DNA of 38,900 nt. Source: an uncultured Gemmatimonadales bacterium. GTDB lineage: Bacteria > Gemmatimonadota > Gemmatimonadetes > Longimicrobiales > Gaopeijiaceae. Shown here piece after piece: positions 28,888 to 37,751 of this stretch. Every line of letters starts with the position of its first letter. The first letter of the stretch is position 1. The notes under the pieces were generated by a model. That model worked only from the letters and a program-made list of their open reading frames with translations. It was not told the DNA's origin and ran no database searches. The stretch spans positions 1-38,900 of the forward strand of contig CAWELD010000006.1 of assembly GCA_963809895.1 (NCBI GenBank). Reading direction: 5' to 3'. Made by a program: the position numbers and the translations under genes.

Positions 28888-29616
28888 CTAGGGGTCGTCG
28901 TGGGGTGCGTCGCGGAGTGACGCCGCGGGCACGAGGTAGGGCACCATGAGGTCCCGGATGCGCCGCTCAGCGTGCGCCGGATCTTCGGCTGCGGTCGACT
29001 GCGGGCTCGGCCACAGGAACGTCGCCCGGAGGACCGCCACCAGGGCCTCGAGCCAGAAGCCGACCGCGCCCTCCAGGTCCCGGGCGGCCTGGGGGCGGAG
29101 CTCTCCCGCGCGCGCAGTGAGCAGCGCCGACAGACGCTCCGACACCCGGCCGTTCAGCCGGGCGGCGGTCTCGCGGAGCGCCTCGTCGGTGCCCCACTCG
29201 ACCTCCCACGAGAAGGCCCGCATGACGTTGGTGCTCCGGGTGTAGATGGCCACCAGCCGGGCGATGAACGCCGCCAGGACGTCCTCCAGGGGCACGCCGT
29301 CCCACGCCCGGGGATCCAGGAACTCGTCCCACGCGTCAAGGGCGCCGGCGGTGAGCTGCGCCACCAGGTGCCGGAGCAGCGTCGCCTTGCTGTCGAAGCG
29401 GCAGTAGAAGGCGCCCTTGGTGTAGCCGGCGCGCTCCACGATGGCGTCCACGGTGATGGCGTCGAAGGTGTGCTCGGCCAGCAGCTCGTAGGTGGCGTCG
29501 AGGATCTTGCGGTAGCTTTCCCGCGAACGCGCCTGCTTGGGGGGCTCGACGCCACGCACCGTGGGCGCCATAGGCTGCTCCGGGGTGAGGGCGGTGGGTG
29601 AGGTGGGCTTGGTCAT
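28888..29616 (-). CDS. TetR/AcrR-family regulator
   Basis: QARSRESYRKILDATYELL...ITVDAIVERAGYTKGAFYCRFDSKATL. Confidence 0.93.
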   Translation of the reverse strand: MTKPTSPTALTPEQPMAPTVRGVEPPKQARSRESYRKILDATYELLAEHTFDAITVDAIVERAGYTKGAFYCRFDSKATLLRHLVAQLTAGALDAWDEFLDPRAWDGVPLEDVLAAFIARLVAIYTRSTNVMRAFSWEVEWGTDEALRETAARLNGRVSERLSALLTARAGELRPQAARDLEGAVGFWLEALVAVLRATFLWPSPQSTAAEDPAHAERRIRDLMVPYLVPAASLRDAPHDDP

Positions 29617-29690
29617 GGGATCAGTCTGCGGCGGTCCGCAGCAGTGACGCTCTCCCGAAACCCATCGCCCTCACCTCCGCAGAAGACAGA

Positions 29691-29731
29691 ATAATACTGC
29701 AGAGTATGATTTAGGGGTGAGCGGTGGTCAA
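29691..29731 (-). promoter_or_regulatory. Promoter of tetR with overlapping palindromic operator
   Basis: Minus strand TTGACC (29731-29726), 17 bp, CATACT (29708-29703). Palindrome ATAATACT-GCAG-AGTATGAT at 29691-29710. Confidence 0.7.
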
Positions 29732-29937
29732 GGGGTGGGTCTCTTCGCCTTCACGGACGGCTCCCACGCCCCGCGGGAGGCGATCCGCGCTCGGCTATCC
29801 TATCTTCTTCCTTCGGGTGCGCGGAGCGCCCGCCGTCCCAGCCGGTCCGCCGAGGGCATTCAGCCCCATGTCGCAGGTTCGGATCAACCTGGACATGCTG
29901 GACCCGCTGTTCCACTGGTGACGGAGGATCCTTGGTT

Positions 29938-30300
29938 ATGCGTGAACATATTGTCGTCGCGCTCACCGCTGCGCTCGTTGGGTGCTCGGGTTCTACAGAC
30001 CCGGGGCTGTGCGACGCCGGTGTCGACATCACCGTGAATAGGTCAGTCATTGCGTGGACGCCGGACTGCGTGGTGCATGAGATCGACGTCAGGGACGCGG
30101 ATCGAAACGACGTCGTATGGGCCCTGCGGAAGGACGGTGGCTTCTCGTCACCGTTGGAGTACGGTGCCACTGTCAGTGGGTCGGAGCTCCTGGTCGGACC
30201 AGAGGATCTCGTCGTCGGACGCTCCTACTCCGTCCTGCTGAGCGTAGCCGCGGGTGGCAGGCTGAAGATCGTGGCCAGCGGCAGTTTCGTATTCGAGTGA
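29938..30300 (+). CDS. Hypothetical lipoprotein
   Basis: MREHIVVALTAALVGC lipobox followed by a small beta-rich domain. Confidence 0.7.
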   Translation: MREHIVVALTAALVGCSGSTDPGLCDAGVDITVNRSVIAWTPDCVVHEIDVRDADRNDVVWALRKDGGFSSPLEYGATVSGSELLVGPEDLVVGRSYSVLLSVAAGGRLKIVASGSFVFE

Positions 30301-30428
30301 CAGAGAAGTTCTCCGCCTGGGGGTCAAGGGGCGGTGCGGCGCCCTGTACATCCCCCTCGGGGTGCGCAGGGTCCACTTCGCTGCATGGCGGATCCAGTTG
30401 GTGACTCTCGTCTGGTGCCCGAGCCACG

Positions 30429-30468
30429 CATACCCATATAGTTAATCCATGAGGTTCTTATGGGTATG
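30429..30468. promoter_or_regulatory. Perfect 10-bp inverted repeat with 20-bp AT-rich spacer
   Basis: CATACCCATA (30429-30438) and TATGGGTATG (30459-30468), directly before the GGAGGAG RBS. Confidence 0.5.
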
Positions 30469-30481
30469 AGGCGGAGGAGCG

Positions 30482-31726
30482 ATGATGCGCGCGACCTGGA
30501 TGGAGCGAGGCACGCTGGTGGCGGTGATGGTCCTCGGATCAGTGGCGATGCCGGCGGCGGGGCAGATGCCCTTGGACTCTCTGTTCGATGCACACCGGTT
30601 GCCTCTCACGGTTCGGGACGACTCAGTCTCGGGGCCAGGGTGGGACTTCCTTCTGGAGGCGGCGTCCGACGCGCAATTCGTGATGGTGGGTGAGTCTCAT
30701 TACGTGCGCGAAATCCCCCTCTTCACGGCGAGCCTGTTTGAGGCACTCCATGCCCGACAGGGCTTCCAATATCTGGCCTTGGAAGACGGGCCCTGGGCGG
30801 TTCGCATGTTGATGGCTCCGGAAGTGCGCGGCGATCCGGACGCCACGTTCCAGTTGGCGGCTCGGTTTCGCAACGCGCTCCAGTTCTACAATGATCAGGA
30901 TGTGGAGCTGATCGCTCGCGCTGGGGGCATCTCCGACGCGCGGGTGGACCCGGTGTGGGGGCTCGATCAGACCTGGGGCACCTTGCACATCTTCGAGCGT
31001 CTGGTGGAGATCGCCCCCGGTCCGGAGGCACGCGCAGTGGCCTTGAGCTTTGCGGACCGGGCGCGCGTGGTCGAAGCGTATCGGCCGGAAGAGGAGAAGC
31101 CGCGCTTTCTCACGGACAGCCTCACCATCGAGGGCATCGAGCGGCTTCAGGACGCGTTCCGGGCGGGCCCACCAGAAGCGGACTCCCTCCTCGACATGCT
31201 CCAGACGTCGTTCGAGATCTACACGAGGCGCACGGACGGCCCGGCGATCTATCGGTCCAACGATCGGCGGGAGCGATTCATGAAGGCCCGCTTCGCACAT
31301 GAGTACGACCAGGCGAGATCCCGTGGAGACTCCCTGCCTCGCGTCCTGCTCAAGCTCGGCCAGTGGCACGCGATCCGCGGTGTCCTCAACTGGGGCGACG
31401 TGCAGCCGCTGGGCACGTTCATTTCGGAGTTCGCGCATCGCGACGGCATGGAATCCCTCCACATCTGGACCGGTCTGGTGGACGATCCCGGCCTCTATTG
31501 GACGCTGTTCGATTCTCCGGACTACGTGCCCCTCGCGAAGGCTGGGAGTACGGATGGATGGTGGATCGTCGATCTTCGACCGATTCGGGCACTGGTCGCC
31601 GCGGGTCAGGTGAGAGACGTGAACGAGGAGATGCGCAAGGTCATCTTCGGCTTCGACGTTGCGCTCCTCATCGGCAATGGCGTACACGCTACGTACGATC
31701 GGTTGTTGAAGGAGATGGGGAGGTGA
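30482..31726 (+). CDS. Secreted hypothetical protein, possibly erythromycin-esterase/EreA-like fold
   Basis: Signal peptide. FVMVGESH, YLALEDG, VWGLDQ, RERFMK and KLGQWH are spaced like Ere-family motifs (inference). Confidence 0.6.
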   Translation: MMRATWMERGTLVAVMVLGSVAMPAAGQMPLDSLFDAHRLPLTVRDDSVSGPGWDFLLEAASDAQFVMVGESHYVREIPLFTASLFEALHARQGFQYLALEDGPWAVRMLMAPEVRGDPDATFQLAARFRNALQFYNDQDVELIARAGGISDARVDPVWGLDQTWGTLHIFERLVEIAPGPEARAVALSFADRARVVEAYRPEEEKPRFLTDSLTIEGIERLQDAFRAGPPEADSLLDMLQTSFEIYTRRTDGPAIYRSNDRRERFMKARFAHEYDQARSRGDSLPRVLLKLGQWHAIRGVLNWGDVQPLGTFISEFAHRDGMESLHIWTGLVDDPGLYWTLFDSPDYVPLAKAGSTDGWWIVDLRPIRALVAAGQVRDVNEEMRKVIFGFDVALLIGNGVHATYDRLLKEMGR

Positions 31727-33252
31727 CTCACGACGGTCCTGGGCGACGGGTTGCGTGCCTCGTCGGTGCGACTCTGATGAGTGTTGTGACCTTTGCCCCG
31801 ATCCGGGCCCAGACCGACGCCGAGCGAATAGCGAACGCGGTCGACGTCAGGGAATTGATGGCATCTGCCGAGTACCTGACCGACGTGATCGGTCCCCGGC
31901 TGACCGGTTCGGATGGATACTCGCGCGCGGTGGCGTGGCTCCACCGCTGGTATGCCGCCCACGGGATCCGGGTCGAGACCGAAAGCTATGGCACCGCGGA
32001 TCGATGGACGCGCGGTCCTTCAGAACTCACGCTCCTCGAGCCTCGAGTTCGACGTCTCGAGGGCATGGCCAGTGCGGGGGCCTTGCCGACTGACGGACAT
32101 GTGGAAGGGGAGGTGCTGGCCCTTCCTCGGTTCGAGAGTCCGGAGGCGTTCCACGAGTGGCTCGCTGATGTCCGGGGGGCCTTCGTCCTTCTCATGTGGG
32201 ACGAACCGACCTGCAGGACTCGAGAGGACTGGGAGGCGTCCGCGCGCCCTTCGGAGCGGGGGTTGTGGGCCTCCCGGCACGACTCGGCGCAGTCGGCCTG
32301 GCAGGCGAATCTGGAGCGGGCGGGAACGAACTGGGAGGGCTTGGTGCAGGCCATCGAGTCTGCGGAGGGCGCGGGGGTGATCCTCTCACAATGGTCCCGT
32401 GGCTGGGGAACATTCCGTGTCCACCGGAGCCCCTCCGCGACCGTTCCGTCCTTCCACCTGAGCTGCGAGGACTACGGGCTCCTCGCCCGCCTGGCGAGGG
32501 AGGGGCACGACCCCGTCATCGAAGCCGTCAACGAGCCCCGGACGGGCCCGCCCGACTCGGTGGCGAACGTCATCGCGGAGATCCCTGGACGCGCACGACC
32601 GGAGGAGTACGTCATTCTGTCGGCCCACCTGGACTCCTGGGACGCCGCGTCAGGCGCTACGGACAACGCTGCAGGCACCCTGGCTGTGATGGAGGCGATG
32701 CGCATTCTGTCGAAGGTGGACCCGGCCCCCAGGCGCACCATCCTGGCTGGACATTGGGGTGGCGAAGAACAAGGACTCCTGGGATCGCGGGCGTTCGTCG
32801 CCGCGCACCCGGACATGCAGAACGCGATCCAGGTGGTGCTGAATTCCGATCTCGGCACGGGACGCGTCACGCGTATCTCCATGCAGGGCTTCCTTGATGC
32901 GGCACCGGTTGTGCGACGATGGCTCGCCGCCAGCTCCTCGGACCTGGCAGAGCGAGGGATAGTCGACCCCGGCGCCCCCGGCGATGGTGGCGAGAGCGAC
33001 CACGTTCCCTTCCTCTGCCGCGGCGTACCGGCCTTCTACCTGGAGAGTGAGCGCTGGGGCTACGGTGCGTATACCTGGCACAGCAATCGGGACACCTTCG
33101 ACAAGCTCGTCGCGTCGGACCTGGAGGATATGGCCGTGCTGCTGGCTACCCTGGCCTTTGAGGCCTCCGAGGATCCAGAGCGGATCCCTCGCGATCGCAC
33201 GGAGCTACCTTCGGAAGCTCGAGCCGCGGCTTGCGCGGAGGATGCGGGTTGA
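31723..33252 (+). CDS. M28-family metallopeptidase (carboxypeptidase Q-like)
   Basis: GTG overlaps the upstream stop. IGPRLTGS, SAHLDSWD, GATDNAAG, GGEEQGLLGS, SDHVPF and WHSNRDTFDK. Confidence 0.92.
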   Translation: MTHDGPGRRVACLVGATLMSVVTFAPIRAQTDAERIANAVDVRELMASAEYLTDVIGPRLTGSDGYSRAVAWLHRWYAAHGIRVETESYGTADRWTRGPSELTLLEPRVRRLEGMASAGALPTDGHVEGEVLALPRFESPEAFHEWLADVRGAFVLLMWDEPTCRTREDWEASARPSERGLWASRHDSAQSAWQANLERAGTNWEGLVQAIESAEGAGVILSQWSRGWGTFRVHRSPSATVPSFHLSCEDYGLLARLAREGHDPVIEAVNEPRTGPPDSVANVIAEIPGRARPEEYVILSAHLDSWDAASGATDNAAGTLAVMEAMRILSKVDPAPRRTILAGHWGGEEQGLLGSRAFVAAHPDMQNAIQVVLNSDLGTGRVTRISMQGFLDAAPVVRRWLAASSSDLAERGIVDPGAPGDGGESDHVPFLCRGVPAFYLESERWGYGAYTWHSNRDTFDKLVASDLEDMAVLLATLAFEASEDPERIPRDRTELPSEARAAACAEDAG

Positions 33253-33409
33253 GGGGCCAGAGCCGCTGACCCTCACTCCGCCCTGAGTCGGCCACAGCGT
33301 AGGCGACGAAGCCCTGGGTACCAGCCCCACAAACTCGGGGGTGGCGTTGCCGTTTCGATCCTCGAACTCGACGCCGGTGAGGCGCGTGGCGACGAGGGCA
33401 AGCGCCGTC

Positions 33410-33929
33410 AGGAGGCAGTGGTTCTGGGCATAGTGGCTTCGGCGCGGCGCGTCGGCTACGCGGTGAGAGGATTGCCTTCTACAATGGGGGCACCTGCGAG
33501 CTGCGGATCGTGGATCTGGAAGGCCGGGAACTCGACCGCTGGGGCGGCTGTGGTCAGGGTCCCGGAGAGTTCAGTGGATATTTCTGGGGAATCTGGGGAT
33601 GGCGGAGCGATTCCCTGTTGGTCGCGGACGGTCTTCCCGGTCGCCTTTCCATATACTCGAGTGGTGGCGAATTGGGGCGTTTGACGACGCTGACCCACCT
33701 CGACGACCTACCGCTGGCTCGCCCCATCGGTCCGGTCGGGGATCGGCTGCTGATGAGGTACGACGACCCCGGTCCTTTCTTGACGCCGGGGCTTCACCGG
33801 CAGGAGCTCGTTATGGCGACCACGGACCTCGCTGGCCGGGATGTCGAGCGGGTCGGCACCTTCGTTTCCAGGACCTACGAGACCATCGCATTCTCCGATC
33901 GGCTCGGAGCACGACAACAGCAGGCGTGA
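33410..33929 (+). pseudogene. Internal fragment of a 6-bladed beta-propeller protein
   Basis: RIAFYNGGTCELRIVDLEGRELDRWGGCGQGPGEFSG...DSLLVADGLPGRLSIYSSGG. It is truncated at both ends. Confidence 0.7.
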
Positions 33930-34149
33930 ATGGAGATTCGAGCAGAAAGACGAGAGGCGGCTCAGGGATTGTTGTTGGGCGTCTGCGACGTGCTTGGGGT
34001 CGGCGATGTTCTGGCCGGCTTCAGGATGCCCTCCAGACCTGATGAAGGAATCATATCCATGGAGGGGGCGGCGTCCATCTTGGCAACAGAAGCACGCAGA
34101 GCCAGGCTGCTCGCCGGTCCGTTCCCTCAGCCTCGAGCTCACAGCGGAT

Positions 34150-34925
34150 CCGACCGGCTCGCCGTGCGCCCGGACGCCGGAGCGGATCCCATCCCCTCGC
34201 TGGCCGGCGTCCTCGACCGCCTGGATGCCATGGCGCGGGACCGGGGGGCGCCCGTCGCCGTCGTCCTCGATGAGTTGCAGCGCATCATCGCATTCGGGCC
34301 GGACCGCGCCGACTGGCGGCTGCGGGACGCCATGCAAGGGCACCATCACCTGAGCTATGTCTGTGCCGGTTCGGAAGAGGGAGTGATCGAGACCCTCACG
34401 GGTCCGGAGGGAGCGTTCCGTGGGGCGTTCGAGCGCCTCTACCTGGGGACGCTGCCAGACGGTTTCGCGCGGTGGATCGAGGAACGTGTCCGGGATGCCG
34501 GGGTGTCGGGGGCGAGGGGCATGGGTGACACCGTCGTCGAGCTCGCCGGTCCGAGGACCGAGGACGTCCTGAAGCTCGGGCGCCAGGTCTTCGCGCGGGC
34601 GGCGGCGCGGGGGCGCTACGACCCCTCCGACCCGGCGTCGGCCATGGCCGAGCTGGTGAGAGCCGATGCCGGTATATTCGAGAAGCTGTGGACGGCGCGA
34701 ACCCCTCACCAGCGGAACGTCCTCCGGGCGGTGGCGCGGGGTGTGTCCGAGCTGACGTCCCGGGCCACGCGGACCCGGTACGATCTCCGGACCAGCGGGG
34801 CTGTCTCGCAAGCGGTGGACGCCCTCGTGGCCGATGGCACCTTGGTGCGCCGGGAGGGCGCGGTCCGGTTCGACGATCCGTACTTCCAGGCATGGGTCAT
34901 CGACGGGATGCCGCCGGGGCTCTGA
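34150..34925 (+). pseudogene. N-terminally truncated AAA/archaeal-type ATPase with C-terminal wHTH
   Basis: Walker B VVLDELQRI, YVCAGS, TPHQRNVLRAVA and FDDPYFQAWV are present. There is no Walker A, and the ORF start (33930) lies in unrelated-looking sequence. Confidence 0.7.
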
Positions 34926-35289
34926 TCGACCTTTGTCCCTATGCCGTTCCATCGCGCCGCCCACGCGCCATGACGTAACGCGCCCGAAACCCGTTCCTGC
35001 CTGGACCTCCGGTAGGGAAGGACAGTGCGCATCTGGGCGGCCGCGTCGTTCCAGGGGATTCCCGCCACGAGCCCAAAGAGATCTGGATCATTCCCGAAGA
35101 TGGCTTTCCGAGTGCGACCTATGGGAGTCTGCGGGGCTTCGGGGGGCCAGGGTCGAAAGCGCGGTGACTCCCAGCCATGGAGATCCGCTGGCCGGGGCAG
35201 AGGCCGCGAGCGTTGCACGCAGGGGGGGGGTGCGCGTATGATGAGATGGGCGCAGCCCCCCAAGGCCTCAGCCCGACGCAGGATGGCGG

Positions 35290-36150
35290 ATGATGACGAA
35301 CGTTGGGGCGATCCCGCGTGTGGTGCCGGTGTTGGATCGGTGTCCGGAGGTGACCGCGTCCCTCCTGGAGACGCTGTCGGACACCCCGTACGAGTTGGTG
35401 CCACTCCCGTCGTGGAGCCAGGTTGACAGGCTCGGACCGGCTGTTGTGATGTACGTCGCGACGGCATCCGTTGCCGATGTCTTCGAGACCGACCGCGAGC
35501 TCCTCATTTCGCGGATGAAACGGGACGGGCTTCCGGTGGTGTTGGTCCAGGGAGCGATGGAACGGAACCCAAGCTCCGCAGATCAAGATGACCGCCGGAA
35601 CTCGCTAGCCGAGGATCTGAGGGGCCCCTTCCTCCCCGATGACTCCTCGGTGCTCCCGGTCGCACTTGGCGAAAGCTGGTGGCTTGGGCGCGTACGGCAG
35701 ATGATACGGCGTGTGGATGGCGCGGCCTCGATCAGCCTACCGACCCGGGCGGCAATCAAGTGGACGCTGCGCCTGCGGATTCCGGAGTTGACGGAGCAGG
35801 CCGGCGCCGCGACAGGTGCGCGGGGCGGAACGACGCGGCACCTGTGGGGCGCGTCGGTCGCGGCCGCTGCGACGGGGATCTCCCGTGGCCATCTCACACG
35901 CCAGGCGCTCGAAGACCAGTGGCGCATCCGGTCGGGGGCGGACAAGTGGATCGCGGTCCAGACGGCAGAACACAACGAGGCAAGGCCGGACTGAAGGAGG
36001 CAATATCGAGCACGCTGCAGGCTTGGCGGTTGTGGCCTCCGTGGCGGTATGTCCTCCCACCCATATGGAGGAAGTCATCTTCCCGTGCCCTTCTAGGGGA
36101 GGTCGGCAGTCATCCCAGTGAGATCGCGTCCACTCTCTACGACGTATGTA
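35290..36150 (+). pseudogene. Probable AraC-like regulator, frameshifted near 35990
   Basis: SVAAAATGISRGHLTRQ resembles the first HTH. A shifted frame gives RKSSSRALLGEVGSHPSEI, resembling the second HTH. Weak similarity only. Confidence 0.45.
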
Positions 36151-37248
36151 CTGAGGCGCCGCTTGCGCTATGCGGTCCTTCTTTGCGGTGTTTGCTCCTG
36201 CACGGAGACGAGTGAGCAACGCCCGTCGCCCATGCTGGCAGATAGCGCCCCGTTCGACAGCGTCTTCGAGTGGGTCAGGGGCTTCCCACTCGACAGTGGA
36301 GACACGCTCCGGGTGACAGATGTCGGTGGAGCAGATCTCGGTCCCGGTGGCCGAGTCGCTGTAGCTGACAAACTGGGACACAACGTGCTCGCGTACGCAC
36401 CCGACGGTGAGTTGCTCGCCTCCCTGGGGCGTGGCGGGACCTCGGGGTTGGAGTTGGGGATGGTCGACGATGTCGCCTTCGATTCGAACGGAGGCCTATA
36501 CGTTGCGGCGTCGCCGCCTGGTCCCGCGACCCCTCCGCAGGGTACGCCCACCGGGCAGGTGGTTCACCTCCGCCCCGATTGGACTGTAGACGACACGATT
36601 CAGGTCAGTGGAACCTACTTCGTATCGTGGCTCGATGTATTGGATGACCGACTGATCGTCGGCTTGGCGCCTCAGCGAGGCGCGGAGTTCGACGTCGCGG
36701 AATATGGACTCGAGGGGTCCTTTCGCCGGAATCTCCACGTCCGGTCGGCGCAGGCTGATGACGTTCCCTATTGGGGCGGTTGGTGGAGCACATCCTTCGC
36801 TGCGAGCTCCGATCTGTGGGTTGTGGCGAATCCCCTGTACCCACTCGCTGTCTATGAGAATGAGGGAGCGCAAGTCGACTCGCTCGGCTCGGCGGGATCA
36901 GACTTTCGAGCGCCCGGTCGGCCGGAACCATTCCAGTTCTCTGGTCCGTCCGCCCGACGCGACTTCGCGGTGTGGCGGCGCACCTTCGACAGGATCACTG
37001 GCGTATTCGTCGTGCGTGACTCCCTGCTTCTGGTTCAGATCGAGTCGCTCGACCCCTCTGAGTTGGCCGTTGAGAAGAGTTCCTATCGAGCGGACGTCTA
37101 CGACATGCGATCACGGGATCTCCGCTTCCGAGCCATGTCTCTACCGGGGCGCATCGTCTTTGCCGACAACACGCTCCTTATCGCCACCTCGGACGAAGAC
37201 GGGTGGCGCGTCGACGAGTATACACTGCGGAGCACCGCCCATGACTGA
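36118..37248 (+). CDS. 6-bladed beta-propeller protein, probable lipoprotein
   Basis: Leader ending CGVCSC, then GRVAVADKLGHNVLAYAPDGELLASLGRGG...DDVAFDSNGGLYVA (NHL-like). Start uncertain. Confidence 0.8.
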   Translation: MRSRPLSTTYVLRRRLRYAVLLCGVCSCTETSEQRPSPMLADSAPFDSVFEWVRGFPLDSGDTLRVTDVGGADLGPGGRVAVADKLGHNVLAYAPDGELLASLGRGGTSGLELGMVDDVAFDSNGGLYVAASPPGPATPPQGTPTGQVVHLRPDWTVDDTIQVSGTYFVSWLDVLDDRLIVGLAPQRGAEFDVAEYGLEGSFRRNLHVRSAQADDVPYWGGWWSTSFAASSDLWVVANPLYPLAVYENEGAQVDSLGSAGSDFRAPGRPEPFQFSGPSARRDFAVWRRTFDRITGVFVVRDSLLLVQIESLDPSELAVEKSSYRADVYDMRSRDLRFRAMSLPGRIVFADNTLLIATSDEDGWRVDEYTLRSTAHD

Positions 37249-37525
37249 TCGAATCAGGACCACCACGGGCGGACTGGTCCGGGGGGTAGCGACGGCGGTC
37301 ATACTCCTGGTTCTGGTCCTCCAGGGGCGCGGGATACGGCAAAGGGACGAGACACTCTCGCAGATTCGCCCCTACGTCGTCCGTGCGGAAGTAGTAGACC
37401 GACTCATTGGAGGGCTCATGCCATCCGTTCAGCTCCAGAGCGGAGACGGAGCGGAAGCTGATCTTGCCCTTCTTGCCCGAGGGCGGAGCCTCTGGATACT
37501 CGCTCCGCGTGAAGATGACTCGTGA
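37241..37525 (+). pseudogene. Membrane-anchored protein, possibly the N-terminal part of a redoxin, truncated
   Basis: TM helix, then IGGLMPSVQLQSGDGAEADL...SLWILAP, resembling the TlpA/AhpC N-terminus. It stops where CxxC would be expected. Confidence 0.4.
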
Positions 37526-37737
37526 GGTTCTGGCGACGCTTCCGGACGATGCTTGCTGCAGCAGGTGCGGCCCTGGCGATCTCCATGGTTCCCGGCGTAC
37601 GCCGACGGCGTGGGCAGGGCCGTGCGAGGAGGAACCGTACTGCCACCCTGACCTCCAGAGGCCCTGCAACGGCGACCCCTGCCGCTGCTGGGAATGCTAT
37701 TCGGCGGCTGGGATCTGCTGCCTGGGTCCCAACATGA
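37522..37737 (+). CDS. Secreted 8-Cys mini-peptide (needs a frameshift near 37597)
   Basis: Signal peptide in the frame of 37522, then TPTAWA-GPCEEEPYCHPDLQRPCNGDPCRCWECYSAAGICCLGP in the shifted frame (first Cys codon 37623). Confidence 0.6.
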   Translation: MRFWRRFRTMLAAAGAALAISMVPGVRRRRGQGRARRNRTATLTSRGPATATPAAAGNAIRRLGSAAWVPT

Positions 37738-37751
37738 ACCAGGGACGTCGC

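Noticed and set aside
8482..29601. Many long overlapping or antisense ORFs in the track
   Set aside because: Low-complexity Arg/Pro/Gly/Ala shadows of real genes in high-GC DNA, with no family motifs.
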